DNA of 23,122 bases from Deltaproteobacteria bacterium (GCA_032128375.1 JAQBGU010000082.1:1-23122); one strand, 5' to 3'; numbered from the stretch's first letter, positions 1 through 9,142 are shown. The notes: a model not told the origin generated them from the sequence alone. A program made the numbers and translations.

Positions 1-288
1 GCTCTAATGTCCGCTCAACGCCCTTCAATGTCCGCGCAAGGCTCTTCTTTCTGCGCGCAAGGCTCTTCGTTCTGCGCGCAAGGCTCTTCGTTCTGCGCTG
101 AAGGCTCTTCGTTCTGCGCTGAAGGCTCTTCTTTCTGCGCTGAAGGCTCTTCTTTCTGCGCTGAGGGCTCCTCATGTGCCGCTGAAGGCTCTTCATGTGG
201 CGCTGAAGGCTCCTCATGTGCCGCTGAAGGCTCCTCATGTGCCGCGCAAGGGCCGTCAATGTCCACTGGGGCTCTTCATGTCGGCTGA
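1..288 (+). CDS. Cys/Ser-rich heptad-repeat peptide (AEGSSFC / AEGSSCA); a small ORF from ATG 7 or the C-terminal tail of a gene upstream of the window
   Basis: Frame is open from base 1 to TGA 286-288. Many unit-to-unit differences are synonymous in this frame (TCT/TCG/TCA, TCT/TCC, GAA/GAG, GCG/GCT). Stop lies 8 nt before the rsmB ATG. Confidence 0.4.
   Translation, partial: ALMSAQRPSMSAQGSSFCAQGSSFCAQGSSFCAEGSSFCAEGSSFCAEGSSFCAEGSSCAAEGSSCGAEGSSCAAEGSSCAAQGPSMSTGALHVG
13..264. repeat. 21-bp tandem repeat, 12 units, consensus GC(T/G)(G/C)AAGGCTC(T/C)TCN(TTCTGC/TGTGCC)
   Basis: Units read directly at 13, 34, 55, 76, 97, 118, 139, 160, 181, 202, 223 and 244; the first and last are degenerate. 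Related partial copies at 1-12 and ~265-305. Confidence 0.95.
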
Positions 289-296
289 ACGCTCTG

Positions 297-1739
297 ATGT
301 CCTCTAAATCGGGACGCGGCTCGCGCGCCCGTCCGCGCCGCGGGCGGCCCGACGGGGCAGCACAGGGCGCAGCGCGCCGAAGCTCGTCGCCCACCCACAC
401 GCGTTTGCTGGCGCTTCGGGTACTCGAGCGAGTCCAGCGTGCAGGTGCGTATGCAGACCTTACGCTTCATGCGGCACTGAGTCGCAGCGAATTGAACGCA
501 CCCGACCGCGCATTCGCGACCGACCTGGTCTACGGCACGCTGCGTTGGCGAGGTCGGATCGACTTCTATCTGCGAAAATTTGTCGATCAAGATCTCGATA
601 AGCTCGAGCCGCTGGTCGCTACCGCACTGCGCCTCGGAGCTTATCAGCTGCTGTTTGGCCAGCGAATTCCAGCCAGCGCGGCAGTCGATCAATCCGTTCG
701 TTGCATTCGCGCGGCTGGCGTCGACCGCGCGTCGGGGCTGGTCAATGCGGTGCTTCGCCGGCTCGATGTAGATCGCGCAAGTGTCGAACTACCCACGGTC
801 GACAGCGATCCTCACGCGCACCTGACCCACACGCTGTCGATGCCGAGCTGGCTCGCCCATCGATGGATCGATCAATTCGGTATTCCCGAGGCTGTGGCGA
901 TGGCAGAGGCCAGCAATCGGATTCCACCCCTGACGATTCGCGCCAACCGCCAGCAGGTGAATCGCGACGAACTACTTGGCCGCATCCGAGAAAACTTCCC
1001 GGATGCGAGGGCGTGCAGATACGCGCGCGATGGCATTGTACTCGGACGCGCAGGCAACCCGACACGCGATTCCGGATTCCTGGCCGGTCACTTCACGGTG
1101 CAAGACGAAGCTTCGCAACTGGTTGTCGGCCTGCTCGACCCGCAGGCCGGTGAGCGAATTCTCGACGCGTGCGCAGCCCCGGGAGGCAAGACGACGGCAA
1201 TCGCCGAGCGCATCGGCCCAAGCGGAACGACGCTCGGCATCGATCGACACCCGCGCCGGCTGGCTCTGGTGCGACGGGCAGCGCGGCGCCTGCAGCTGAC
1301 CGAAATCCAGTGTGCGACGCGCGACGTATCGCGGCCGATTCGCGACCTGGTAGTGCGCATCGGATTCGATCGGGTGCTCGTCGATGCGCCGTGTTCCGGG
1401 CTCGGAACGTTGCGCCGCAACCCGGATGCCCGCTGGCGCGTTCGCGCCGGAGACCCGGGCCGACTCGCCGAGGTCCAGCTCTCGATCTTGAGCAATGCCG
1501 CTGCGGTGTTGCGCCCCGGCGGCATCCTCGTTTACAGCACCTGCACCATGATGACCGAAGAGAACGAGGAGATCGTTGACGGCTTCTTGAAGAATTTTCC
1601 CGAGTTTTCGTTGGCTTCCGCCGATTCGGCCCCGGTCGAAGTCCGCGAACTCGTCGGGTCGGATGGCTTCCTGCGCTGCTTTCCCCACATCCATGACACC
1701 GACGGCTTCTTCGCCGCGCGGTTCGAGAGACGTCTATGA
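297..1739 (+). CDS. rsmB: 16S rRNA (cytosine967-C5)-methyltransferase RsmB/Sun
   Basis: NusB-like N-terminal domain (DRAFATDLVYGTLR, LRLGAYQL, VNAVLR), VQDEAS, DACAAPGGKT, DAPCSGLG and YSTC motifs. ATG 297 preferred over 237, which lies inside the repeat. Confidence 0.95.
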   Translation: MSSKSGRGSRARPRRGRPDGAAQGAARRSSSPTHTRLLALRVLERVQRAGAYADLTLHAALSRSELNAPDRAFATDLVYGTLRWRGRIDFYLRKFVDQDLDKLEPLVATALRLGAYQLLFGQRIPASAAVDQSVRCIRAAGVDRASGLVNAVLRRLDVDRASVELPTVDSDPHAHLTHTLSMPSWLAHRWIDQFGIPEAVAMAEASNRIPPLTIRANRQQVNRDELLGRIRENFPDARACRYARDGIVLGRAGNPTRDSGFLAGHFTVQDEASQLVVGLLDPQAGERILDACAAPGGKTTAIAERIGPSGTTLGIDRHPRRLALVRRAARRLQLTEIQCATRDVSRPIRDLVVRIGFDRVLVDAPCSGLGTLRRNPDARWRVRAGDPGRLAEVQLSILSNAAAVLRPGGILVYSTCTMMTEENEEIVDGFLKNFPEFSLASADSAPVEVRELVGSDGFLRCFPHIHDTDGFFAARFERRL

Positions 1740-2449
1740 CGAACCAGAAACGGACGAAACAGAAACGCACGAAACAGAAACGCACCGAACAAAGAATCCT
1801 GATCGCAGCCTCGATTCTGGCTTCGGATTTTGGCCGGCTGGCCGAGGAGGTCCAGGCAGTCGCCCGAGCCGGAGCCGACTGGATTCACGTCGATGTGATG
1901 GACGGTCATTTTGTGCCGAACATCACGATCGGTCCCACGATCGTCGCTGCCGTCCAGAGCGCGACATCTCTTCCACTCGATGTCCACCTGATGATCGAAA
2001 AGCCGGAACGCTACATCGAGAGCTTCGCCGAAGCGGGAGCAACCACAATCGGGGTGCACGTCGAGGCGTGTCCGCACCTGCATCGGACTGTCGCGCAGAT
2101 CCGAGAGGCTGGTGCGCTGGCTTCGGTCACACTCAATCCTGGGACACCGGCCGCTGCGGTCGAGGCTGTCTTGGGCGACATCGACCAGGTTCTGGTCATG
2201 ACAGTCAACCCCGGTTTCGGCGGGCAGAAATTCATCCCCAGCATGCTGCCCAAGATCGCGATACTGCGAGATTGGATTCGCGAACGCGAACTGCAGGTAC
2301 GCTTGGAAGTCGACGGGGGGATCACCACGGAGACCATCGCCGGCGCAGCCGCAGCGGGGGCAGATGTGTTCGTTGCGGGAACCGCTGTATTCCGAGCACC
2401 CAATTACGCGGCAGCCATTCGAGCGCTCCGGCAGGCTGCCATTGGCTAA
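1736..2449 (+). CDS. rpe: Ribulose-phosphate 3-epimerase
   Basis: HVDVMDGHFVPN, DVHLM, VNPGFGGQ and EVDGGI motifs; ATGA overlap with rsmB. Confidence 0.97.
   Translation: MTNQKRTKQKRTKQKRTEQRILIAASILASDFGRLAEEVQAVARAGADWIHVDVMDGHFVPNITIGPTIVAAVQSATSLPLDVHLMIEKPERYIESFAEAGATTIGVHVEACPHLHRTVAQIREAGALASVTLNPGTPAAAVEAVLGDIDQVLVMTVNPGFGGQKFIPSMLPKIAILRDWIRERELQVRLEVDGGITTETIAGAAAAGADVFVAGTAVFRAPNYAAAIRALRQAAIG
1739..1798 (+). repeat. 15-bp in-frame tandem repeat at the rpe N-terminus (TNQKR-TKQKR-TKQKR-TEQRI)
   Basis: acgaaccagaaacgg / acgaaacagaaacgc / acgaaacagaaacgc / accgaacaaagaatc. Confidence 0.9.
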
Positions 2450-2607
2450 GCCTGCATTTCTCACCACGCCTCGTTTGCCGCAGCGTGGATCCGCGCTCGG
2501 CGGGCGAACCGGCGCCACCTCGACCGTTGCGCTGAGCATGCGTCCCGTCCGGTCAGGCGCGCCCGGTTCGAATGGCGCCTGGGCCAGCACCAAATTGCTT
2601 GCACTGG

Positions 2608-2636
2608 TTGAGGGGATCGCCCCGAGCCGTCATACT
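2608..2636 (+). promoter_or_regulatory. Putative sigma70-type promoter of tRNA-Pro
   Basis: TTGAGG (2608-2613), 17-bp spacer, CATACT (2631-2636), followed by a GC-rich discriminator-like stretch, 21 nt before the tRNA. Confidence 0.6.
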
Positions 2637-2657
2637 TGGCGCGCTCGAGTCTGGATT

Positions 2658-2734
<77 letters not shown>

Positions 2735-3341
2735 GGCTCTGCGGCCGAAGTCGCAACCCTTCGCCGCCTCGCTCCGATCTACACCCACATGCGTCACCCA
2801 CACGAGCCACTCGGACGATTCACCCACGCATGTCGTTCGCACGAGCCACATGCGAATATGATGGGGATTAGCCACACAGCGGGCGCGGCCAAGTCACGAC
2901 AACCAGCCGATCACGATGTTGATTGCAGGCAGCACGTCCCAGAGTTTGGACCACCAAGTACGCATTGCCTTCCGATCGATGACCCGCAAGAGATTTCCCC
3001 GAGCGAGTTTTCTTGAAGGCAGCACGATTCGGCAGTCGTCTATCCGAGAAGCCGGATATCTCCGCGACAATGGCGTGCATCGAACCGGCAACTGTTCGTG
3101 TCATCCCTTGATTCAATGTCCAATGTTCGGTGCGCAGAAATTCGCCTTTGCGCGTCGTACCGATGTGGTTTCTCGGTGCGCGCATTGTGCAGACCACGAG
3201 CACATGCGTGATGCGTGGTTCGGAACGCGTAGATGCTTCGTTGACATCAGATCGAGCCGATGTCAGGATGCACTCGCTCCGTCGGTGTGCGCGCAATTTT
3301 CTTGCGCGTCGCTGCCCTTCGAAGGATCAACGGCGGTAAAG

Positions 3342-3629
3342 ATGGCTAGCTACGATGCAGGCGACGAAGATCTCTCTCGATCCGAGTTAGCGTGGGAATT
3401 GGTCGAACTATTCGGCGAACTCCCGGTCGAACAGATCAACGAAGTGTTGGCAAAGAACGTGCCTATCGAGACGCTCGAGTTCTTTGCGTCCTACGCAGGG
3501 GACTTTGCAAAAGTAGAAAAAGTTCGTGAAGCAACCAGCCGCAAGCTCCCCAACCTGCTGTTGCTCGGTTATCTGCTGCGTGTATTGGAAGATCGTCTGA
3601 TCGACGAACCGATCGACTTCGACTCCTAA
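3342..3629 (+). CDS. Small acidic, probably helical hypothetical protein (95 aa, MASYDAGDEDLSRSELAWELVELF...)
   Basis: The 3' part of ORF 2916..3629 reads as a real protein with amphipathic patterning from ATG 3342; the upstream part does not. Confidence 0.75.
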   Translation: MASYDAGDEDLSRSELAWELVELFGELPVEQINEVLAKNVPIETLEFFASYAGDFAKVEKVREATSRKLPNLLLLGYLLRVLEDRLIDEPIDFDS

Positions 3630-3693
3630 CGACTTCAACCCAACCACCTGCCCGCCAAAATGCGTCGTACTTCGCAAGACGGAGACGGCCGAT

Positions 3694-3716
3694 TCTGCAA
3701 GTCCAGGACTGGCAGA
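3694..3716. terminator. Hairpin between convergent genes, possibly a terminator
   Basis: TCTGC-A-AGTC-CAG-GACT-G-GCAGA inverted repeat; no U-tract. Confidence 0.3.
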
Positions 3717-3771
3717 TGACTATCGAACCACACGTTCGCCGCCGCGTCGTAGGCTTCGGCGTCGACGCGGT

Positions 3772-4446
3772 TCAGAGTTTCTCGCGCGCGCGCAATGCCA
3801 AGAGCCTGAGATTCACCGCGTTTGTGACCACGTGCGCGACCGTCGGCGCGATCAGGTTTCCAGTCCATTCGAATAGGATCCCCATCATCAGGCCGGTCAC
3901 TGCGGCGAACAGCATCCACGGCAACATGTCTCGACGCGGCGCGAAGTGGGCTAGGCCGAAAATCAGACTCGCCGGGATCAATCCCACCTGCGATTGCAAC
4001 GCGCCGCGGAAAAACGCTTCCTCGGCCACCCCGCTCGCCAGTGCCAGTACGATGCATTCGGCGACACAGAGTCTGCCGATTGCGCCCGCCAGCCCATCGG
4101 CCAATGCCTCGCCCCATCGCGTGCGTCGCGTGAGTTCGCGTGACAACCAGATCACGCCCAATCCGGCGATCCCTCCGATACCAACATCGACTGCGATATC
4201 ACCAGCGTTGCAGAATCCCCCCTCCGGCGCTTGGGCGTACATCAATGATGCATCGCCGCTCCAAACCGACCACGCAGACGCAATCGCCAGCAACACGCCG
4301 TAGAATACAAGTGATATCGGAACCAGCGATGCCTTCGCGGCCACCTGGAACACAATTGGGGTCGCTTTTGGCCTTGCAGCTCCGTTGGGCCGTGGTTGAT
4401 CGTGGGCCTCAGTAGTCGGCAGGGGGTTGTCTAGTTCCTGCTTCAC
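3772..4446 (-). CDS. CPBP (CAAX/Abi) family intramembrane glutamic endopeptidase
   Basis: EEAFFRG, FGLAH and HVVTN motifs plus several TM segments; exact start uncertain. Confidence 0.9.
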   Translation of the reverse strand: MKQELDNPLPTTEAHDQPRPNGAARPKATPIVFQVAAKASLVPISLVFYGVLLAIASAWSVWSGDASLMYAQAPEGGFCNAGDIAVDVGIGGIAGLGVIWLSRELTRRTRWGEALADGLAGAIGRLCVAECIVLALASGVAEEAFFRGALQSQVGLIPASLIFGLAHFAPRRDMLPWMLFAAVTGLMMGILFEWTGNLIAPTVAHVVTNAVNLRLLALRAREKL

Positions 4447-4585
4447 CCGCTTTCGGCCTCGTTGCGGTGCTCCCCGGGGGAGGTTAGCTTGCCAGTCGGC
4501 GCTTGAATCCGATTCGGGTCAGTGTAACCTGGACATCAACCGCGCCGAAACGCCGATCGGCCCACACGCGATATGGCGTCCAACG

Positions 4586-4602
4586 TATAACGGACGGGAG
4601 GA
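4586..4602 (+). promoter_or_regulatory. Putative -10 element and Shine-Dalgarno-like sequence of greA
   Basis: TATAAC at 4586-4591; GGAGGA at 4597-4602, very close to ATG 4604. Confidence 0.5.
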
Positions 4603-4603
4603 C

Positions 4604-5080
4604 ATGTCCGATCGAATTCCGATGACCCCCTCCGGGTACGCAAAGCTGAGCGAGGAGCTAGATCAGCTCAAGTACAAGGAGCGTCGAAAAATTTCGAAGG
4701 AGATCGAGATCGCCCGCGCCCACGGGGATATCTCCGAGAACGCCGAGTTCCACGCCGCCAAGGAAAAGCAGAGCCACATCGAAGGTCGAATCCGGCTCGT
4801 CGAGGACAGGCTGGCACGCGCGCAGGTCATCGAAGTCAGCAGCGAGCCAGCCGATACCGTGCGTTTCGGTGTCACGGTGGTCTTGTCGGACGAAGACACC
4901 GGTGAGGAGGTTCGGTATAAAATCACTGGAGAAGACGAGACCGACGTTTCTGCGGGACTCATCTCGGTAACATCCCCCGTCGCTCAGGCGCTGCTGGGGA
5001 AGTCCGTCGGTGACACCGTAACTGTGCGGGTTCCCAAAGGAAGTCGCGAATTCGAGGTCCTCGAACTGCTGTTCGAGTGA
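4604..5080 (+). CDS. greA: Transcription elongation factor GreA
   Basis: IPMTPSGY, ARAHGDISENAEFHAAKE and ISVTSPVAQALLGK motifs. Confidence 0.97.
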   Translation: MSDRIPMTPSGYAKLSEELDQLKYKERRKISKEIEIARAHGDISENAEFHAAKEKQSHIEGRIRLVEDRLARAQVIEVSSEPADTVRFGVTVVLSDEDTGEEVRYKITGEDETDVSAGLISVTSPVAQALLGKSVGDTVTVRVPKGSREFEVLELLFE

Positions 5081-5239
5081 CGCGGATCGCGTTCACGACG
5101 CCGGTTGCAGCGCTCCTCGCCTGTCGAGTAGCCTCGTGTCCGAGGGCCAGGGCGACTATCCGCCGGCCGCCGGCAGCAGGCAACCTCGAAATTCGCGCCC
5201 GCTCATTGGTGGGTAGCGGTTTGAAACGAGACCTCACCT

Positions 5240-6649
5240 TTGCGATCGCTACAACTGAAATTCAGTGCGCTTGTCGTCACGCTTCTCGTCGTTGCGTCGG
5301 TAAGTCTCGCATGGATCGCGACCCAGCACGAACGCACCGCGCTCGTGAGCGAGGTCGAAAAGCGCGGACGCGCAGTCGCGATGAATCTCGCGGGAGCGGC
5401 CAAGGAGTCGCTCCTCAGCATCGGCGACGGCGATTTTGCCCCTGAACTTACGCTCGAGAAATTGATCGAAGACGTCAGTGAAGGGGAAGGGGTCACTGCA
5501 GTACGCCTGTTGGGAGCTGAGGGGCGAATCGCGGCATCACTCGACGCCGCCGAGCGGGACACAACTGGCGTGTTCCACGCACCACACGCCGACGAAGCGC
5601 CCGACACATTGCAGGTAACCCGCGACAGCGAGCGGCTCATGGTAGTTGCGCCGATCTTCTTCAGCGGCGTGCTGGTGGGCGAGGCCCAGGTCGAATTCGA
5701 CCTGACGATCCTGATCGACCGGATTGTTCGCAGCAACACCGAACAACTCAGCGCGGCCGCGCTCGCAGTCGTGGTGTTTGGCGTATTCGCCGGCGTCATC
5801 TTCGTTGCGTTGCTGGTGGGTCCGCTGCGGCGTCTGCGAGTCGGGGTCGAGCAACTGACTGCCGGCGAGTTGTCGGTTCGCGTTCCGCCGACCTCGCGGG
5901 ACGAAGTGGGCGAACTCACACGCGCGTTCAACAAGATGGGCGACAGCTTGCAGCAAAAGGAGCGCATCCAGAGCGCGTTCGGCCGCTACGTCAACGACTT
6001 CGTGCTAGCGCAACTCCTCGACAGCCCCGACGATGAACCACAGGCCGGCATCGAGCGGGAGGTGACGCTGCTCTTCGCAGACATCCGCGGGTTTACGAAC
6101 CTCTCAGAGGGCCTGAAGGCACCCACGGTGGTGTCGCTCCTGAACGAGATTTTCCAGATCGCATCCGACCACATCCTCGAGCAAGGCGGGACCATCGACA
6201 AGTACATGGGCGACTCAGTGATGGCGTACTTCGGCGCGCCCGTCACTCAGACCGACCATTCGCTGCGTGCAGTGACCGCGGCCGTCGACATCCTCGAAGC
6301 GGTGAACGAGCGAAACATCGCAATCCGCTCGGATGCCGGAGGCGCGCGGTTGGCAGTCAATCTCGGAATCGGCGTTCACACCGGAGTCGTCGTGGTCGGA
6401 AACATCGGTTCAGACCGTCGGACCGACTTCACGGCCGTCGGCGATGCCGTCAACGTGGCCCAGCGCCTGGAGAAATTGGCAAAGGGCGGCGAGATCCTGG
6501 TTTCCGAAGCCGTTTGGCGCCGTGTACGCGGCAGTATCGAGATGCGGTTCGAAGGAGAGCGACAGCTTTCCGGGCGCCAGGAACCGATCCACGTCTATTC
6601 GATCGATCGCACACACGCAGCACCAACGCTTGCGGTACGGCGGTCGTGA
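5240..6649 (+). CDS. Membrane-anchored HAMP-domain class III adenylate cyclase
   Basis: Two TM helices flanking a periplasmic domain, HAMP (GPLRRL...DEVGELTRAFNKM), LFADIRGFT, DKYMGD, GIGVHTG and FTAVGDAVNVAQRLE. TTG start. Confidence 0.93.
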   Translation: MRSLQLKFSALVVTLLVVASVSLAWIATQHERTALVSEVEKRGRAVAMNLAGAAKESLLSIGDGDFAPELTLEKLIEDVSEGEGVTAVRLLGAEGRIAASLDAAERDTTGVFHAPHADEAPDTLQVTRDSERLMVVAPIFFSGVLVGEAQVEFDLTILIDRIVRSNTEQLSAAALAVVVFGVFAGVIFVALLVGPLRRLRVGVEQLTAGELSVRVPPTSRDEVGELTRAFNKMGDSLQQKERIQSAFGRYVNDFVLAQLLDSPDDEPQAGIEREVTLLFADIRGFTNLSEGLKAPTVVSLLNEIFQIASDHILEQGGTIDKYMGDSVMAYFGAPVTQTDHSLRAVTAAVDILEAVNERNIAIRSDAGGARLAVNLGIGVHTGVVVVGNIGSDRRTDFTAVGDAVNVAQRLEKLAKGGEILVSEAVWRRVRGSIEMRFEGERQLSGRQEPIHVYSIDRTHAAPTLAVRRS

Positions 6650-7734
6650 GGCTCTGGGCGCTGGGGGTAGTCGCGTCGGCACTGCCGTTGATTCTCGGCG
6701 GCTGCAATACTCGCCTCGCTACGGGCGAACGGCTCTACCGCGATGGGGACCGCCTGGCTGCGTTGGAAACCTGGCGGATGATCACGGAGGACAGCCCCGC
6801 GTATCCTCGGGCTCTCGATCGAACCCGCATGGTCGAGGAGGAGTTCCAGCAGCTGGTCGTCCGCTACAAGCAGCGCGGCCGCTACTTCGAAGAACGGGAG
6901 AGACTGTCCGAGTCGATTCTCAACTACCGGCTAGCGCTCAAGCTCCAGCCCGATGACTCAGAGACACTCGATCGCGTACAAGAACTCGCCCGTCGGGTGC
7001 GTGCCGAAAAGCAGGAGCTTCGGGCGCAGTACCGCGCGAACTTCGAGTCCGGCGCTCTCGCCAAGGCTGGCGAACAGCTGGCGCGGCTTCGGAAGCTCGA
7101 CCCCTTCGATCCGGTTCTCGAAGCGGACGATCGCGAGCTTCGCACGGCACTGCGTGAATCGGTATCGCGATTGCTCGCATCGGGGCGGCGGCGATTCTCT
7201 GACGGAAACCACACGGCGGCGCGGACCTGGTTCAATCGCGTGCTCGAGATCGACCCCGACAACGAATCTGCACGAGGCTATTTGAGTTTCATTGACGCCA
7301 TTCGACGCGAGAGTGATCGGACAGGCACACAACCCGCCGCATTCGATGCACCCGCGGCCTACACCTCCGAAGCGGAAGTTCGGGCTGAGGGGTTCTATCA
7401 AAACGCGCTCGCCGCTGAACGCAGCGGAAGCCTCTACGGTGCCATTCGCCTCGACGTTCAGGCACTCGATGCCAGCCCGCACCACGCCGGCGCCCTGCGT
7501 CAGCTTGCTGAGATCCGCAGCACCCTTGCCGGTCGGGTGGACCCCCTGATCGAGGCTGGCCGCACCCAATTCATGAACGAAGACCTGCAATCTGCGCTGG
7601 ATTCTTGGCGGCGCGCGCTGTTGATCGACCCGAAAAGCGAGCGCGCGAAGGCCTACGCGGCCAGGGCAGAGCGCCATCTCGCCAACCTCGAACGACTGCG
7701 CTCTGAGCCAGACATCGCGGGCGTCAAGCCATGA
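6646..7734 (+). CDS. TPR-repeat putative lipoprotein
   Basis: GTGA overlap with the cyclase stop; hydrophobic signal ending ILGG-C; TPR signatures (ALKLQPDD, VLEIDPDN, ALLIDPKS). Confidence 0.85.
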   Translation: MRLWALGVVASALPLILGGCNTRLATGERLYRDGDRLAALETWRMITEDSPAYPRALDRTRMVEEEFQQLVVRYKQRGRYFEERERLSESILNYRLALKLQPDDSETLDRVQELARRVRAEKQELRAQYRANFESGALAKAGEQLARLRKLDPFDPVLEADDRELRTALRESVSRLLASGRRRFSDGNHTAARTWFNRVLEIDPDNESARGYLSFIDAIRRESDRTGTQPAAFDAPAAYTSEAEVRAEGFYQNALAAERSGSLYGAIRLDVQALDASPHHAGALRQLAEIRSTLAGRVDPLIEAGRTQFMNEDLQSALDSWRRALLIDPKSERAKAYAARAERHLANLERLRSEPDIAGVKP

Positions 7735-9074
7735 GCAACGCCCGAATAACAGTTGTGTCACTCGTCGCTTTGGCGCTCTGGTCGGGCGGATGCTCTTTTG
7801 AATCGGGATCAGTCATGAGCTGGCCGGTGTCGGCAAGGCCCGAGCTAGTGCTGACCGAGCAACCCGGGTCGGACCTGGAAGAGCCCCAGGGCCTGGTTGC
7901 GAGCAGCGGGGAATTGCGCGCCATCCCGCTCAAGTGGGAACCCGTGCTGGTCGGCCAAGTCGGTGGCTATGTGATCGAGCGATCCGCAGTGCAAGCAGGT
8001 CCGTTCGAGCGGATCGCGACGATTGTGGGTCGACTCAACACCCAGTACATCGATCGCAATACGCTAGTGCCACTGATGAGTTCCGAGGACGCCGCACTTG
8101 GCGAAGCGCCCCCGATCACCCCGGTCAATCTGGAGGACGGCATGAGCTGGTCCTATCGGATCCGGGCGTATTCTGCATCCGGCGCGCTCGCAACCGCTGG
8201 GTCCGCCGTGGTGACCGCGACCACTGCCCCACCACTCTCCGCACCAGAAGAACTGCGCGCGTACAGCCAACAACCGCGCAAGGTGGCTGTCAGCTGGCGG
8301 GCGGCGGAGGATCGCCTGGTTCAGGGTTATTGGATCTATCGCAGCCCGAGCGCGGCCGGGCCGTACCAGCTCATCGCTCAGCTCGAAGGGCGCCACGAGA
8401 CCAACTATGTGGATTCCGGTCTCGGCGACTTGCGGGTCTTCTACTACCGGGTGGCCGCCGCCAATCAGGCGGGAGGCCTCGGCGACCCGACCGACCCAGT
8501 CCAGGCCGTAACCAAACCCGAGCCGCTTCCGCCCTACTTGTTGCGCGCAACCGAGCAGCGTCTCGGAAGCAACGTCATTTCGTGGGAACCCAACGTGGAA
8601 CCCGACATCGTGGAATATCGCGTCCTGCGGACACGTAGCGGCGCTGACATGCCGGAAATCGTCGCCAGCGTCTCATCCGGGCTAACCCTTGCCGAAGATC
8701 GCGCAGTGGGCGCAGGGGAGCACATCAACTATTCGATCATCGCGATCGACCGAGACGGCCTCGAAAGCGATCCCGCCGAACCGATCCAAGTCGTGAGTGT
8801 CGGCTACGGCCTCAAAGCCGACATTGTCGAAAACGGTATCCAACTGAGTTGGGAAACGGATGGCGAGAATTTTCGCGGCGGACACGTTTTTCGAAACGAG
8901 CGATTTGGACGCACTAGCCTGGGGTTCACTACCGGAAACCATTTTCTGGACCCGAGCGTCACACCCGGTCTTCGGCATCGCTATTCGGTAGTCTTGGAAC
9001 GGCACGACAAGACGCTGGCACCCCCGTCACAGGTGATCGAAGTCAATGTCCCCGAATCGGCGGCCGCGCGATAG
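7731..9074 (+). CDS. Multi-fibronectin type III domain putative lipoprotein
   Basis: ATGA overlap; signal ending WSGG-C; repeated FN3 pattern (LKW..GYVIERS..YRIRAY; VSW..GYWIYRS..YRVAA; ISW..EYRVLR..YSIIA; LSW..YSVV). Confidence 0.88.
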   Translation: MSNARITVVSLVALALWSGGCSFESGSVMSWPVSARPELVLTEQPGSDLEEPQGLVASSGELRAIPLKWEPVLVGQVGGYVIERSAVQAGPFERIATIVGRLNTQYIDRNTLVPLMSSEDAALGEAPPITPVNLEDGMSWSYRIRAYSASGALATAGSAVVTATTAPPLSAPEELRAYSQQPRKVAVSWRAAEDRLVQGYWIYRSPSAAGPYQLIAQLEGRHETNYVDSGLGDLRVFYYRVAAANQAGGLGDPTDPVQAVTKPEPLPPYLLRATEQRLGSNVISWEPNVEPDIVEYRVLRTRSGADMPEIVASVSSGLTLAEDRAVGAGEHINYSIIAIDRDGLESDPAEPIQVVSVGYGLKADIVENGIQLSWETDGENFRGGHVFRNERFGRTSLGFTTGNHFLDPSVTPGLRHRYSVVLERHDKTLAPPSQVIEVNVPESAAAR

Positions 9075-9112
9075 TCGCACCGATCACCCGCCTCGGCGGA
9101 GGCGTGATGCGA
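9075..9112 (+). terminator. Stem-loop directly after the FN3 gene, possibly a terminator
   Basis: Nested pairings tcgc/gcga, atcac/gtgat and gcctc/gaggc with a ggcg loop; no U-tract. The tRNA -10-like TAGACT follows at 9122-9127. Confidence 0.35.
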
Positions 9113-9142
9113 TATGCGGGCTAGACTTCGCGGTTCGAGAAT

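Noticed and set aside
13..264. CRISPR array
   Set aside because: The units are contiguous with no unique spacers, and there are no cas genes; this is a tandem repeat.
15..266. Minus-strand ORF (AHEEPS/AQKEEPS repeats)
   Set aside because: An open frame is expected from a stop-free 21-bp unit; it is antisense to the operon, and variation is less synonymous than in + frame 1.
2735..3341. Integrative element or coding region after tRNA-Pro (ORFs 2868..3296, 2894..3091 and the 5' part of 2916..3629)
   Set aside because: No integrase, I found no duplicated tRNA 3' end, and the translations are not protein-like.
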